Source: Eledone cirrhosa (Eukaryota). From it: a stretch of DNA of 64,000 nt. Made by a program: the position numbers and the translations under genes. Where the stretch lies: NCBI GenBank assembly GCA_964016885.1, contig OZ024745.1:17298001-17362000 (forward strand). The letters run 5' to 3'. The notes under the pieces were generated by a model. It did no database searches, was not told where the DNA came from, and saw only the letters and a list, made by a program, of their open reading frames with translations. Below are positions 38,789-54,345 of this stretch, one piece after another. Numbering within the stretch: the stretch's first letter is position 1; the number at the start of each line of letters is the position of its first letter.

Positions 38789-40190
38789 TTGTGTGCTGTG
38801 TGTATGTATGTGTCTTTTGTCTGTGTTCAGGTGCTTGTGTGAGACTATTTCTATGAATATACGTATTATCCTAATGGGGGAAGTGTGAAGGAGAGTTAAA
38901 AAAATTGTGACTAGAACAAAATTGAATCAAGTTTTCCTGGTGATCGTGATGAGGAAAAGGGTACAAAAATAAAACTATACTTATGATGGTTTTCCAGTGC
39001 CATTCGAAAATAATAGTTTCATAATTTCTGTCAGAAAAAAAAAAAAAAATAGGGAAAATACGAATAATGGAAGATGATAGAATAAAACAAAGATGACATA
39101 GAGAAAAACTAACTGAAAATAGGAGAAAAGTATGAATTAGAAGTTGACAGTCGCTTATTTTTACATGTACATTCAAGTGGTTATTTTCATCAGGCATTAA
39201 CCACCCTTCTCCTAGTTTACATCCCTCAACTCTGGCTATATGGACAGGCATATACCAGTGTATGTGTATATATATGCATGAGCATCTCACTGTATATACA
39301 TATATATATATACATATATATGCGTGTGTGTGTGTGTGTATATGCGTGCGTGTGTATATGTGTTTGTCTGTGTGTATGTGCATGCGTGCACTTTCTTCTA
39401 ACTCGATCTGTTGCTTGGATGCCTCCCATTCTTTACTTTTTATGTTTGGCTTGTCGCTGGTTGATACAATATGTACAATTTTATTTATACTACTTGAAAG
39501 AAAAACCTGTCATATTCAATATGAGTTACAATCTATGGAACAAGTCATGTTTTAATATATTACGAATACACAGTATTCAACGGAAATGACTATTTTATAG
39601 AATTATATTTTGAAGGATAAAAATCACGCTTTGTAATTAGATATATTTCTTATTAATAACTTTTAAAATTATTTTCACTCTCGATAATTTTAATTCACCG
39701 AATATCGTTATAATTTTAAATTTCGGTGTGGCATTATGCATTAACTATTATATACGTATATCAAATTCACGAATTGTGTTTTCTTATTCATTATAAATGA
39801 AGGTTATTCAGTACAAGCTTCTGTTAGGGAACAAACATATTAAGCTTCATATTAATGTTATTATTACATCTACACTAAATTATCAATATTATGAAACTTT
39901 CAATTCTGCAGAGGCAATAATTCTTTAAATGCCATACACATTATGATTAGCAATAAATTATATTCTGTATAGAAATAATAATACTGACGTACGTTGGAAG
40001 TTCTTTCTAATAAATTGTGAATTAATTCAATCCTGAGCCGTCATATTCTATTGAAACATACTTCAGGTATACAGAAGAATTAATTTAGGATTAAAAACTT
40101 ATTTCTGTTTATATGATGCGTGCTACATTTCTATCTTCCACACCATATTGACTCAATCGTAATATTATCGGGGAAGATGCACGAGAATGA

Positions 40191-40608
40191 TGTTCAATGT
40201 AATAATTGTTTCTACTTTAGGCACAAGGCCAGCAATTACCCAGTACATTGCTGGTACTTTATTTTATCGATCCCGTAAGGATAAAAGGCAAAGTTAACCT
40301 CGGCGGGATTTGAACTCAGACTGTAAAGGGACGTAACTATGCTAGAAAGCATGGCGTCCAACCCTCTACCGATACTGCCAATCCACCGCCCTGTTCAATG
40401 TAATAATTGTTTCTACTTTTGGCACAAGACCAGCAATTGCCCAGTGCATTACTGGTACTTTATTTTATCGACCCCGTAAGGATGAAAGGCAAAGTCAACC
40501 TCGGCGGGATTTGAACTCAGATCGTAAAGGGACGTAACTATGGTGGAAAGCATGGTGTCTGACCCTCTAGCGATACTGCCAATCCACCGCCCTGTTCAAT
40601 CTAATAAT
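40191..40608 (-). mobile_element. Two tandem tRNA-derived SINEs (201-bp period)
   Basis: A box TGGCAGTATCGG and B box GAGTTCAAATCC on the - strand. Flank TGTTCAAT(G/C)TAATAAT appears three times. Confidence 0.88.
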
Positions 40609-40945
40609 AAAGACGTTTCACAGTATAATATTAAACATGAACCTATATAAACCTAAATATTATGATACATTGCAAATTTAAGTGTAAATGGCATATTTGA
40701 CAGAATTTCACGTTATATAGTTCAGGTAAATTACATTTTGTTAGTAACCCAATCCATTGTGGAGGAAGAAAATTGCCGGTTTCACACTATGGATTAAATA
40801 AAATACGAAACCATGAAGTTCTTTACGTTCATAGGTGTGCTAAAATGGATTTAAATTACGGTGATATTTTATCACATGTTCTAACATAGTATAGCAAAAT
40901 AATATATACATATTTGTATATATAACGCAATATATATACGTATAT

Positions 40946-41029
<84 letters not shown>

Positions 41030-41507
41030 GAGAGAGAGAATTAGTATATTTACCAACATATGCGTACCGATGAACACTAATGCTAGCAAATACATAAGTT
41101 ATGTCATAGTACCTAGGTGGTTCAATGCAGGAGGATGCAGAACAATTATATGAAAGACGTAAAATAAGAAAATTTTAAAAATTAAAAATTAACTTACTTA
41201 CTAAAATGTTCACTCCAACTAATTAGTTTCTGTAATGGGATAAAGATAGTTACGCAATGTAACCATCGAGAATTCATTACGTCATCAGGGAGTCTATTCT
41301 CAGCTAAGTCTCCAGGCAATGCGCGGACACTAGGGACTCATATAAAAATAATAATAATTCGGTGGATGGAACAGCTAGCGGGGACTGAATTCCAAAGCAC
41401 TGAAAAAGTTCACTGTCTCTGGTCAAATGGCAGATTCTAAAGGATCAATCACGTGAAACATTTTAGTAAGTAAGTTAATTTTTAAATTTTCTTATTTTAA
41501 GTCTTTC

Positions 41508-41510
<3 letters not shown>
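41030..41510 (-). mobile_element. pLTR fragment with hammerhead 41213-41292 (-) and a short inverted arm
   Basis: Same family as 42244-43440 and 62143-62950. Confidence 0.8.
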
Positions 41511-41540
<30 letters not shown>

Positions 41541-42048
41541 CAGTATATTAGTAAATGGAAACTATATTTATAAAACCATATTTATTTTATTATATATATT
41601 TCAAGGGCAACAAAGGAAGATTATGGTGCGCTTTCATCGGATAAAATATCTATTTGTTTTATATATAATTATTGACATACCCTTAACGTTTGGAGCTTCC
41701 TGGATAGTGGAGATAATATTTTATTGAGAGTAATACAAAGTTGTGAGTGAGTATGCAAATGAGTGTCCGAAAAGTTGAAAAGATAACGGTTCATTTAAAT
41801 TAAACTTTTGGAAGAAGATGATATGTAAGGGAGGGGAGAGAGAAATGTATGTATTTTATCTGATGAAAGCGCACCATAATTTGTCTTGGGTGCCCTTGAA
41901 ATATATATAACAAAATAAACATGGTTTTATAAATATAGTTTCCATTTATTAAGATACTGTGTATTTACTCCACTAACTTGTTGAGTGCCTTATATCAGTT
42001 ATAAAAATGTTTAAGCTTGTTGAATCCCAACAAATTAAATATAACCTC

Positions 42049-42052
<4 letters not shown>
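41541..42052. mobile_element. Fold-back pLTR fragment with hammerheads (about 41583-41648 - and 41852-41917 +)
   Basis: TATTTTAT CTGATGA AAGCGCACC...GGTGCCCTT GAAA TATATA TA. Confidence 0.78.
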
Positions 42053-42088
<36 letters not shown>

Positions 42089-42097
42089 TATACATAC

Positions 42098-43601
<1,504 letters not shown>

Positions 43602-43799
43602 AAATATATATGTATGTATATATATGAGACATATATATTTCATATGAGACATATCGAATATATCTCTTCCCAGACGGACGTCTCGTTTCATTATAAGATT
43701 CCTAAGATTTGGGTGAAGTTATACCAATTTATGTAGGAGCTTTTATAGGATCAACAGATAATATTCAAGTGGGCTCTTATAATTCATCAGTGGGTGCCC

Positions 43800-43887
<88 letters not shown>

Positions 43888-43890
<3 letters not shown>

Positions 43891-44027
43891 GAAAAAGTAT
43901 GACCCCGACGGCAGAGCTCACCGTTTCGACGGGGTCATACCTTTTCCTATTTCCCACTGTACTACCCTAAATATTGAGTACTCTGGTGCGTTATGGTCCA
44001 TCTGGTTCCTTACCACAATTCCTTTCT

Positions 44028-44030
<3 letters not shown>
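43888..44030. mobile_element. Short fold-back PLE5-family pLTR end
   Basis: AGGAAAAAGTATGACCCCG / CGGGGTCATACCTTTTCCT plus the family 3' tail. Confidence 0.75.
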
Positions 44031-44085
<55 letters not shown>

Positions 44086-44581
44086 CACAGTTCAAGAGTA
44101 ACCAATCTTAAAGAGGGAGATAGAAGTAGGAGAGGAGAGATTGCTGAATTAGTTAGAAGCCGAAGCAGAAAGGCATGTGCTCAATGAGCAATATGCAGTA
44201 GAAAGCACCTAGGTGGCTGGGTTCATGCAGAAGCTAGTCGCGCAGAGCAGGAAATATTCATTAGTTAAGCAAAACAAGACCACACATATCACAAGGAAGA
44301 CATTATTAAAAGATTGTCAACATATTTTAGTTTGATGTAAGGAATGTAGAGAATAATAATAATAATATTAATAATAATAATGTCCGTTTACAATTGTTTC
44401 GCTACTCCATATTTCTGGATCAGATGACTATATATCATTATTGATGTGGTTCAGTTAAAAATAATTAACATATTTAAAAAAAGAGCGGCTCATCGGAACT
44501 TCAAAGGAATATAAATTAAAAATAAGGAGAGAATGTTACATAATGTAATGTTCCATATATTGGTATTTCACTATTTTACTA

Positions 44582-44652
44582 TTTTTACATGTGCGTGTGT
44601 TTTTATCGGCAGCATGACCCTCCAAAAGTATAACAAATATATATTTATATAT

Positions 44653-44751
<99 letters not shown>

Positions 44752-44875
44752 ATAAATAAATATTTTTTATACTTTGGGAGGGTCATGCTGCCAATAAAAC
44801 ACACGCACATGTAAAAAGAATTGGGACGCGACGGCTGAGCTCCTGCCGTTTCAACAGCTAGTTCCGTACTATTTT
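44582..44875. mobile_element. Two pLTR 3' ends facing one (TA)n tract
   Basis: Inverted TTTTTACATGTGCGTGTG...CTCCAAAAGTATAA arms. The right arm continues into a GAAACGGC..GCCGTC hammerhead half on the - strand. Confidence 0.65.
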
Positions 44876-45062
44876 TCCAAGGCTTCGCTGTTAACTTACT
44901 GTATCGTCAGTTGTGAGATTATAATTGTATACATTAATCATCCAATAGTAAATATTCTTCATAGAAGCCTTTTACATTTTTCTATGCATATTTCGGGAGT
45001 TTTTAGGTTTAGGGTTGTGTGCGTAGCATAGTAAGTGTGTGTGTGTATATATATATATATAT

Positions 45063-46945
45063 AGGAACGAGTAGGACCCCGACGGCTGAGCTCAAGCCGT
45101 TTCGACGGCTAATTCTGGACTAAATGAAAATTGTTATCCTGGTATATGAATAGCCGAGCTTCTCAGGGGGTAATTCCATATATGGTAAAAGTGATTGTCA
45201 CAAGGATTGGTCAAAAGTTTGTTGTTGAGACACATAATTCTATCATGGCAATTTGTGGAAGGAAGGAGTAGCTGAACATGCCAGTAGAAGAAAGAGGGAG
45301 AGGGAGTGGAGGAAACCCAGTCGTGGGTTGATAGTGCCAACAACAGCAGGGCAGGAGGTCAAGCAAGTATACTAGAGAGGGGGAGGGGGAGGAAGTCGAA
45401 ACAATAAGTAAATCAATATGGCGCAAATATATAGAAGAATACCAATAATGTTAAAAATATAAAAAAACAATTTCTGGTTACTATTCCCTAACGACAGTCA
45501 TCAAGTCTCTCACTGATACTGCTAAACTATAGAAATGTTTACTAGGTGGGAGGGAATTGTAATGAGACCATTTTAAGAGTTAGTAGTAATCAACCGAGTA
45601 TATCTTACGGTGACAGGTCAACAAGTGGGGGACCAAAATACTAAAGAAACTATCACGAAATAATAATTCAGAGTCCCGAAACTAATACGAAATAATTGTT
45701 TCTACCCTAGGCACAAGGCCAGCAACCATCAAGTGCAAAAAATAAACTAATGCGAAATAATAATTCAGAATCCCGAAAATGAATACTAATACTATCTCTA
45801 AGGGTGCTGCTACGATACAAAAATTCTAGTGCAAACTACATAAATGCTCGTACGAAGTGTATGAGAAATTTGATACGGAAAATTAATTCAGAATAACCCC
45901 CCCCCCCCCCATACCCCCCATACCCCCCCCCAAAAAAAGTACTTATATACGAGAAATTAAAGCAGAGCTACCACTAAGAAATGTAGAAAGCACGGAAATG
46001 GGGCAGCCATCGGATAAGAAAGCAAGTATCTCGGGTCTATGACATCTGCTATAAAAAGCGGGGTCGGCCAATTCTATCATAGAATAGGGATGGGGGTGGG
46101 GGTACTGAGGCTACAAAGGACCGAGGGGCTGCCTCTGGTGAGCGAGAAAGCGAAAAGGACGACGACAAAGAAGGAGGACTGGGGTGGAAGGACTAGGAAG
46201 GGATGGGGGGGGGGGAAGAAGGAAATATAGAGGAAACGATAAAAAGATATAAAAGAAGATCTTACGTCTACCTTTGCAAGCAGGGGTTACCCATTACAAA
46301 GTCGGCAAGTGGGGTGTTACAGCCCTTGTCTACCCCCCCCCCCCCGGGTCATTATGGGGTTTGAGGGCGAGGTAAGTCTTACGCAATCTGTGTTTGCATG
46401 CAGTTACCAGTTCGTTTTTCTTGTTTAGGAGTTGGTCCGTCGAAAACAGCATTTGTAAAGTTTCCTCCGAGCATAAATTGCACGGACGGCGTCCTTCCGC
46501 GTAAGAGTTGGCTCTGGACAGTAAGCTCCAAGTGAGATCATAGGTAATATTGTTATCTTTGAGGTCCCAGATGTGGCCCGAAAGTATGGTGGCGTGACGC
46601 CGGGCCGGGTTTCAGAAGGTATGTCTGTGTTGGTATAGCCGGGGCTTGAAGTCACATCTACGTCTTCCTTCCACAAATTGCCATGATAGAATTATGTGTC
46701 TCAACAACAAAATTTTGACCAATTCTTGTGACAATCGCTTTTACCATATATGGAATTACCCCCTGAGAAGCTCGGCTATTCATATACCAGGATAAACATT
46801 TTCATTTAGTCCAGAATTAGCCGGCGAAATGGCTTGAGCTCAGCCGTCGGGTTCCTACTAGTTCCTATTACCCACTCTACTACCCTTAATATTGAGTACT
46901 TTGGTGCGTTATGGTCCACCTGGTTCCTTACCACATTTCCTTCGT
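45063..46945 (-). mobile_element. Penelope-like element 5, 5'-truncated (endonuclease C-terminus 46350-46665, 3' UTR, pLTR), plus inverted pLTR 46666-46945
   Basis: - strand FKPRLYQHRHTF..ATILSGHIWDLKDNNITYDLTWSLL..CNLC..LLNKKNELVTACKHR. 45063-45262 is inverted to 46666-46868. Confidence 0.82.
46758..46853 (+). ncRNA. Hammerhead-fold RNA of PLE5 with CUGAGAA core (mirror 45076-45171, -)
   Basis: Stem I ACCCC/GGGGT, stem II GC(T)CGGCTA/TAGCCG(G/T)C with a large loop, GAAA, stem III CGGCT/AGCCG, GUC. Confidence 0.68.
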
Positions 46946-47001
<56 letters not shown>

Positions 47002-49148
47002 TCGTCTATTTGCGCATCCATGCATAGCTACCTGTTCAACTTGAGATAGAATAATAGTTAATATTAGGTAGAATTGTATTTATCGAAGATATATGCGGAG
47101 GTGTGTGTGGATTAGTATGTCAATAGGCATGTTTATAACGACCTTTAGACAAGAAATCTATAGAATGTGCTACACACCCAATGATAGGTCACCTTAATCA
47201 AAGACTTGTCCAACTCATCGATTGGCAAATTAAATATATATGTCCAGAAAGAGACGTCGTATTAGTTAGTTACCTGAAGTAATAAGAAACATCTAGTCCG
47301 TTATTGTAAATCCTGGCGGATTTATTTTTCGAATTATTTAATTATGCTAACATTTAAAATACAATAAAATTACGGTTAGGAGTATACAATTCATTAAATT
47401 AAATTAACATATCCACATTTCGTGGTACTACGGATATATGTGCGTGTGCGATTGGTGTAGATGTATGTGTTTATGGCACTAATAATATTAGTATGTGTGC
47501 TAGTGTTTGCAAAATAAAGTTGTTTGTGCCTGATATGGCTGGATGTGCTAAGCACTTAATATACTTTAAATTACGGCCGGATTGATAAATTATGTTTTAT
47601 TTTGATATTGTGAATTTTGATGAGTTCTAGCAATATGGGGTTATACAGTTTATGTGTTTAGGTGGTGGGTGTACGTATGTGTGCATATATGTTTAATCGT
47701 GTATGTACTTTTGTACCTGCCGACTGATGAGTGTGTGTTTGAAGGTGGTGATGATTATATTTCATGTATTTTTAGTGGAATAAATGGAGTGGGTATATAC
47801 TATTTATTATCCAATATAATGGTCCTATGTTTGTCTAGGGTAACTATGTGTGTTCTGAGGGAGGTTCGCATGCAATTGTGTATTGGTATTTCTGCAACGG
47901 ATTGCTTCGATGGGTGTTGTCGTTTTATTGCTGCTATTGAAAAAAATGTTGTGATTCGTACTTATGTAGGAGCAAATGTAGGCGGCTTAAAGTTTCCATT
48001 TGTAACATGGATAGGTGCTAGAAGAGCTGTTTATGCACTGGTTGTGTGTATAGTTAATTTCGTTTTATCGAATGATTGTATGTGTATATCGTTGTAACAC
48101 CGCCAACGCGTGTGTTTCAATAGACGCTAGTTCTGTGTGTATTTTAAATGTGTGTATTTCAATAGACGCTAGTTCTGTGTGTATTTCAAATGTACTATAT
48201 AAGTAGCTCTCCTTGAACCTACTCTAGCTGCCCGTCCAACACTTAAGCCACATACTCCTAAATAGCTACGTACTACAAAATGTGTGTGAATGTGACTTCG
48301 AATCAAGTATTTTCACTGATAGGACATTGCCCCAAATACTTTGTTTACGCATATTAAATTCGAATAAAAAATTTCAAGGACATATATTTAGCTTCTGTTA
48401 TGATAACAAAAATGAGATACGTTATAATAACAAAGGAAAATGCACAAATGTAATGTGGGATTTAAAATACAAATAGATTTTGAAATAAAAACAAAAATTG
48501 CATAACATTTGCGATAAGAAATAGTTTCATATATGTTCACCTAAAATTTACATAGTTCCTTTAAATAGGAAACTTTACAAATATGGTGAAAAAATGTTAG
48601 CTTGGAATTTATGTTAACATGTATTTGTTCCACTATATGCATATTATTCAAATTTAAGGATGTAGAAATATCGTAGTGTTTTATTAAATAGTTCTGTCCA
48701 ACTTTATAATGCAATATATTGTTGTACCTCGTAACAAATATGTGACGAATCGAATCAGCTAAAGGAACTTTACGAGTAAGCCTGATATGCTAGAAATATT
48801 CACCAAACCTCAATTGTATGTTTTATTTCATTTTAGTAGATAAATGTAAAGAAACTTCGGACATTGTTGTATCGTCAATATTTCATACTTTAATATATGT
48901 CATTCATCCAGCATTAATCATAGTCTGGCACAATGACTGGTACGCTTGAGCTGAAAAGCACAGCGCCAGTTTATATGGACAAAAATTTAACATATACTGT
49001 TTCAATGGTTGGGTCAATAATGATTTTTCTTTGAAGTTTATGTTGTCCTCAAGTAATAATTCCAATGAAATCAAAGCATGAGTGCTTCAGTCTTTGTAGT
49101 AGGCTTTAATCATACCAGATCCCGTTGCACATTTAAAGGAGTTATATA

Positions 49149-49542
49149 CGAGGGTAAACCCCAAAATAAGGTCTCCAAAGCGATGGGGACGCAGAGAAAC
49201 TGTTCGTACGGCTGTTGGCAACACTGTTGTGATTGGTGCTTCCTTCACTCCCAAACAAGCATGCGCGCGCTTCGCTGGGATGCTCAATCTTGGCTTCGCA
49301 GCCGTTGAGAATGGAGCACCCGTTGAACGCGACCGCCAAGTTCGAATTTCGCGCAGTTATTATATACGATGGCAATCCCAAGTGTAGCGTCTCCTTCCGA
49401 GGAAAGCATGCGTAAAGATCGGCGGCTCACTCTGCATGCTCTCTGCATTGTGGTTCCTGAGGTTTCCCCAAGCACCATCCACAGGATTTTAACGGAAAAG
49501 TTGCAATAACGGAAGGAGACCTTACTTTTGGAATTGCCCTCG
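49149..49542 (+). mobile_element. Internally deleted mariner DNA transposon
   Basis: TA TSD, about 28-bp TIRs CGAGGGTAAACCCCAAAATAAGGTCTCC / GGAGACCTTACTTTTGGAATTGCCCTCG, transposase remnants KFEFRAVI and DRRLTL..STIHRILTEKL. Confidence 0.85.
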
Positions 49543-49589
49543 TATATATATAGGAAAAGTGTCAGGATCCCGATCGATATATATATATA

Positions 49590-50345
49590 TATTAAAGAGT
49601 GAGGTTTTTTTTACAAAATGAAAAATAACCGAGGTGCCCTACACGAGTGAAAGTATAAGAAAAAAAGATGAAATCGAAAATGCAACGGGAGTCTTTTTAA
49701 AAAAATATATTTGATTGGTTGGTCAATAAGTATAATAAATTTCGCGCCAGTTCGCGTTACAAAGTTCTTCAAACAAGGGCGGGAGGCTCAGGTTGTTTTT
49801 TCATATATGAGGGAAGTTTGGTTGGTTGATGCAATCACGTGAATAAGCACATCAGCTTTCGTGCCAGTTTGTGTTTGAATTTCTTTTTACATAAAAAAGG
49901 TGGCTCACGAAGGCTTTTTTTTTTATAAATGTAATTTGGTTGGTTATAAATGAAACTATGAAGTACATTAAATTTCGCGCCCGTATTTTGGAATTTTTTT
50001 ATAGCTATTTAGAGAATTTTGTGCTAAACAAAATATAATGGTTAAGAAAAAAGGGATGGAGAGAGTTGTTCTGAGTATGACTGATGTGCTGAAATGTAAT
50101 TTGATTGGTTATAACTGAAATTATGACTGTCACATGAACAAGTTCATTAAAATTCGTGCCTGTATTTGGGAATTTATTTTGTAGCCTTTTAGAGAATTTT
50201 GTGCCAAACAAAAGATGATGGTCAGGAAAAATGGGATGGGGAGAATTGTTCTGGTTCAGTGAATATGGTTGGTTCGCTGGAGTGTCTGAATTCAGACTTT
50301 CTATTGAAATAAAGAAAGTAGCGATATGTATGTTTATATGTGTGC

Positions 50346-50441
<96 letters not shown>

Positions 50442-53002
50442 AGGAAGATAATTCTATTAGTAGAAATGGAGGAGAGAGTTGTGTGTGTGTATGGGCGTTA
50501 TGTGTGTGGTGTGTATATGTGTGTGTGGGAGTATGGTTAGCATGTTATGATGAAGATAATATATATATATTGTGTGTGTGTGTACGAAAATGATTCCGCT
50601 GGTGAGAAATGGGGGAGGGAGTTATGTGAGTGTGGGGGATTAGCATGTTAAGGTGTTAGAGTATTAATGTATGTTAAGGTTTATTTAGTTCTGGTTTTTA
50701 TTTTCTTAAGTAGAAGGTGTTATGTGTCTGTTTGGATGGTTAGCATGTTATGGTGTTGACATAATGTATATTAAACTATATTTAATGCTGGTCTATATTT
50801 TTGAATAAACATATTTTCCTTATTTATTCGTATTTGTTCTGTTGTATTGTTAGCGCAAAGATAAAATGGGAAGACTTGGAATTTTGGTGTCTTATTCCTT
50901 GTGCATATGTCTAGATGTGTACTTAGTGGTATCTGTCTCGTGGTTGGGTTTCGTAATTGTTGGCGATGAACTGTTATTCTGTTTCTGAGTGTAGGTTTAG
51001 TTTGTCCTATATAATCTTCATTGCATCCTTTACATTTAATGCCAAAAAGGAGATTTTTTGATGAGCAGGTGAAGTAATTTTTTACAGCGAAAATGTGTCC
51101 TGATTGAAATGTATACCTGTTGCCTTCAATGAGGTGAGTGCAGGTTCCACAATTAAAGCGACCACATTATTTGAAAGTTGGTTGTGGGTTTGTGGTAGGT
51201 AATTTGGCATTGGTGAATAATGCTTTTAGTGACTTCGGTTGTCTTTTGCTTTTGATTATTTTGTGTTTCAAGGGCTTTTTTCATTCTTGGGTCTTGTTTC
51301 AATAGTGGGATGTTCTTTTGAATAGTGTTGTATGCTTCCGTATTTCTTGGGTTGTGTGTTGAGATATATGATAGAATATTGGACGTACCTTGAATTTGTT
51401 TCTGTTTTCGTAATTCAACAATGCCTATTACTTTAGCCCTTTCTATTCCATTATTTATTAGTAAGTGTGGGTACTGTCTTTCGTGTATAATTTCCTTTAA
51501 TTCTTGAAGTGTTTTATTTCACATTTCATAATTGTAGGCAATTGTGCAAATTCTTCTTGCTAGGTTAAAATAGATGTTCGTCTTCGTGTGCTTTGGATGG
51601 TTGGAGGTGAATAGCAGGTATTGTTTGGAATCTGTTGGTCTGTAGTGTATGTCAGTTTCAATATTTGTGTCTTGTTTTAAGATTAAGATGTCCAGAAATG
51701 AGAGTTGATCTTGGCTGTATTCCATTGTGAATTGGATGTGGTTATTGATGCCGTTTATTAAATTGTTGAAATCATTTAGTTGGTCGAGTGTGTGAGACCA
51801 AATAATGAGACAATCATCCAAGTAGCGTTTCCAATTCTCTGATAAATATTTGTGGAAGTTCAATCCGTATTTTGATTTCGACTGTTCATATATCTGGACT
51901 TCCAAGACTGCCATGACTAAGTTGGTATAAGTTGGAGCGGCTTTTTTACCCATCGAGTCCCCGATATTTGCTTGTAAGTACTGCCATCGAAATAAAAAAA
52001 GTTGTTCTGTAAAATAAATGTTAATCCCTCGGTGATGAAGCTTTTTTCTATTCTGTCAGGTATCTCATTGGGATATTTCTCTAGCCAGAATCCTATTGCT
52101 TCTAGTCCGTATTGGTGTGGGATCGTTGTGTAGAGATTCACTACATCGAAAGACACAATAATAGTGTCGTTGTTGACATGTTTGGGGAGGTGGTTTAAAA
52201 GGTCCAGATCTTCTCTTACAAGGCTTGGTATGTGTTTGAGAATTGGTTTTAGTAGTATGTCTATAAAGTTGCTTAGTCTGTGTGTTTCACAAAATTTGTC
52301 CAGAACTCTGTTTCTACCTGTTGTTGGGTTGTAGCTGCTTTTATTCCGTACAATTGATTGGTCGTTATTCTCCTTGTCAAAAATTTCCTCTGTGAGACGT
52401 AATTTTCTACAGAAGTGTGAGATATCGTCATTTATCTCATTGAAGTTAGAGTACTGTGGTGTTGGTGTGAATTTCAGTCCTTTGGAGAGAAAGGTTGATT
52501 ATTTTGGGTTTTTCAAAATCGGTTTGTGCCACCGGGTGTCATGGGTCCTGTAGCCTTGGTCTAAAAAATGATTTTTCTGAATTGTTTTATCATGGGTATT
52601 ATTATATCTAATGGCATTTCCCCTGTTGTTGTGTGGTCTTGTATAGAAGTTTCGGACGTATTGAGGTTCGGTTTGTTGATAGTCCGGGTTGTAGAATTTG
52701 TTCCTTTGTGTGTGTTGGGATCTACGATTTTGGAACAGGTTCTGTGTGGGTTGGGGTCTACGGTTTTGGGATAGGTTTTGTGTGGGTTGTGATCTGCGGA
52801 TTGGGTCCTGTCTTGTGTTGGGGGATCTTCGGTTTTTGTTTGTAGGGTTATAGTTTTGTCTACGGGCGCGAAATTTAATATACTTGTTCACGTGATAGTC
52901 ATCATTTTATTATAACCAATCAAATTACATTTATAAAAAAAAAGCCTTCATGAGCCACCTTTTTTTAAGTAAAAAGAAATTGAAACACAAACTGGCGCGA
53001 AG
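49590..53002 (-). mobile_element. Penelope-like element 4 (Neptune-like), 5'-truncated, with inverted pLTR piece 52861-53002
   Basis: Coding remnants on the - strand. 52861-53002 is inverted to 49857-49985. Confidence 0.85.
50771..52860 (-). pseudogene. Decayed PLE4 ORF1 end + RT + GIY-YIG
   Basis: GLKFTPTP, SFDVVNLYTTIP, MGKKAAPTYTNL, KRYLDD, LSFLDI, CGTCTHL, GIKCKGCNEDYIGQT. Internal deletion near 52295. Confidence 0.88.
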
Positions 53003-53811
53003 CATAAGTGTATCACTGACACTTGGAAATGCATGTGAGTTCAATGTTCTTTTGATATGATGAGCTCTCAGTTTTCGGCTTCTATGTTCGTGTTACCGTT
53101 CAAAATTTTGTCTTTTTCAAATTACTCATAGCTTTCACATTCTCATTATCGTCACCTAGGAATTGTATTTCAATAACCTACCAGGGAAATATAAATACAT
53201 GTATATAAGCCATATACATATATGTTAAATTCACGATTACCTCAGTCCCATTAGCGTATTCGAATTACTAGATAACATAATATGTTTAGATCAAAGAACA
53301 TATAAATAAATTATGTATTCAATAGTTCCTGAAGTAATCGTCAAATAGAGGAATTCGTATGTATGGGAATTCAAAGCTGGCCTTTTATTTGAATATAAAA
53401 TGAAAATATATTAATATTGGGAATCGTTTTGAAAACGTTGCAGTAAATACAATGTACTCTGATCCCATAATATAATTTGATTTAGAATTACTTCTATAAC
53501 CAATACAGTACGTTCTCAAATTCAAAATATATTAAGTTGAACAACTGCCATTCATTGAAATTGTCCTAACGTTATTTGAGAAAAAAATCCACACACGACT
53601 GTTTTGAAGTTAAACATAAAAGAAGGAAGGGAAATAACTACCATGAGATAAAACCAGCGGTAACTTGGAACACTAGACAATGCAGACTGGAGTAACTTTG
53701 GTATTTAATTCCTGTGATAAAGACAACAAATATATTGCAATCTTATTACAAATCCGCAGTAAATTTCTCCGTTGAAAATATGAGCGATCTACATCTATAT
53801 ATATGTATGTA

Positions 53812-53850
<39 letters not shown>

Positions 53851-54345
53851 TTATGTGTATATATTTGTGTGTGTGTGAGACTATTTTGTATATTTAATGA
53901 TATAATGTATGTTTACGAATAAAAATATGTGTGTGGGTGTGTGGGTGCGCGCTCGCGTGTGTGAGTGTGTATGTGTGTGTGTTTGTGTATGTATGGATAT
54001 ACATGAATGATTTAGGTGATGAAAAGTTCAGATAAAGTAAGAGTCACGAAAAGTAACCATATGATATTACTGCAGTTTTGAGGCTACATGAAATTTTAAT
54101 GATTAACCATTCGGAAAACTGGTAAGCTAGAGTGGCGAATGATTATATTTGCCTACAGAAGATTTTAACAGTATTTGAAATAAAATAAAACACCCACGTA
54201 GATGGCAGTAAATCTATGTACTGCTATCATACCTTACAGATTAATCCCTCGTGGATGTAACCGTTAATTTGATGATAATTTGAATATAGCATTAGAATCT
54301 AGAATACGAATGAAATATATGTAGTAACACAAACTGTTCTAAATG

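Noticed and set aside
40330-40392. tRNA gene
   Set aside because: The A and B boxes belong to a SINE head; no cloverleaf.
48112-48192. About 41-bp tandem duplication
   Set aside because: Simple local duplication with no further structure.
52861-52891. MNKYIKFRAR as the start of the PLE4 ORF
   Set aside because: These codons come from the inverted pLTR piece across the truncation junction.
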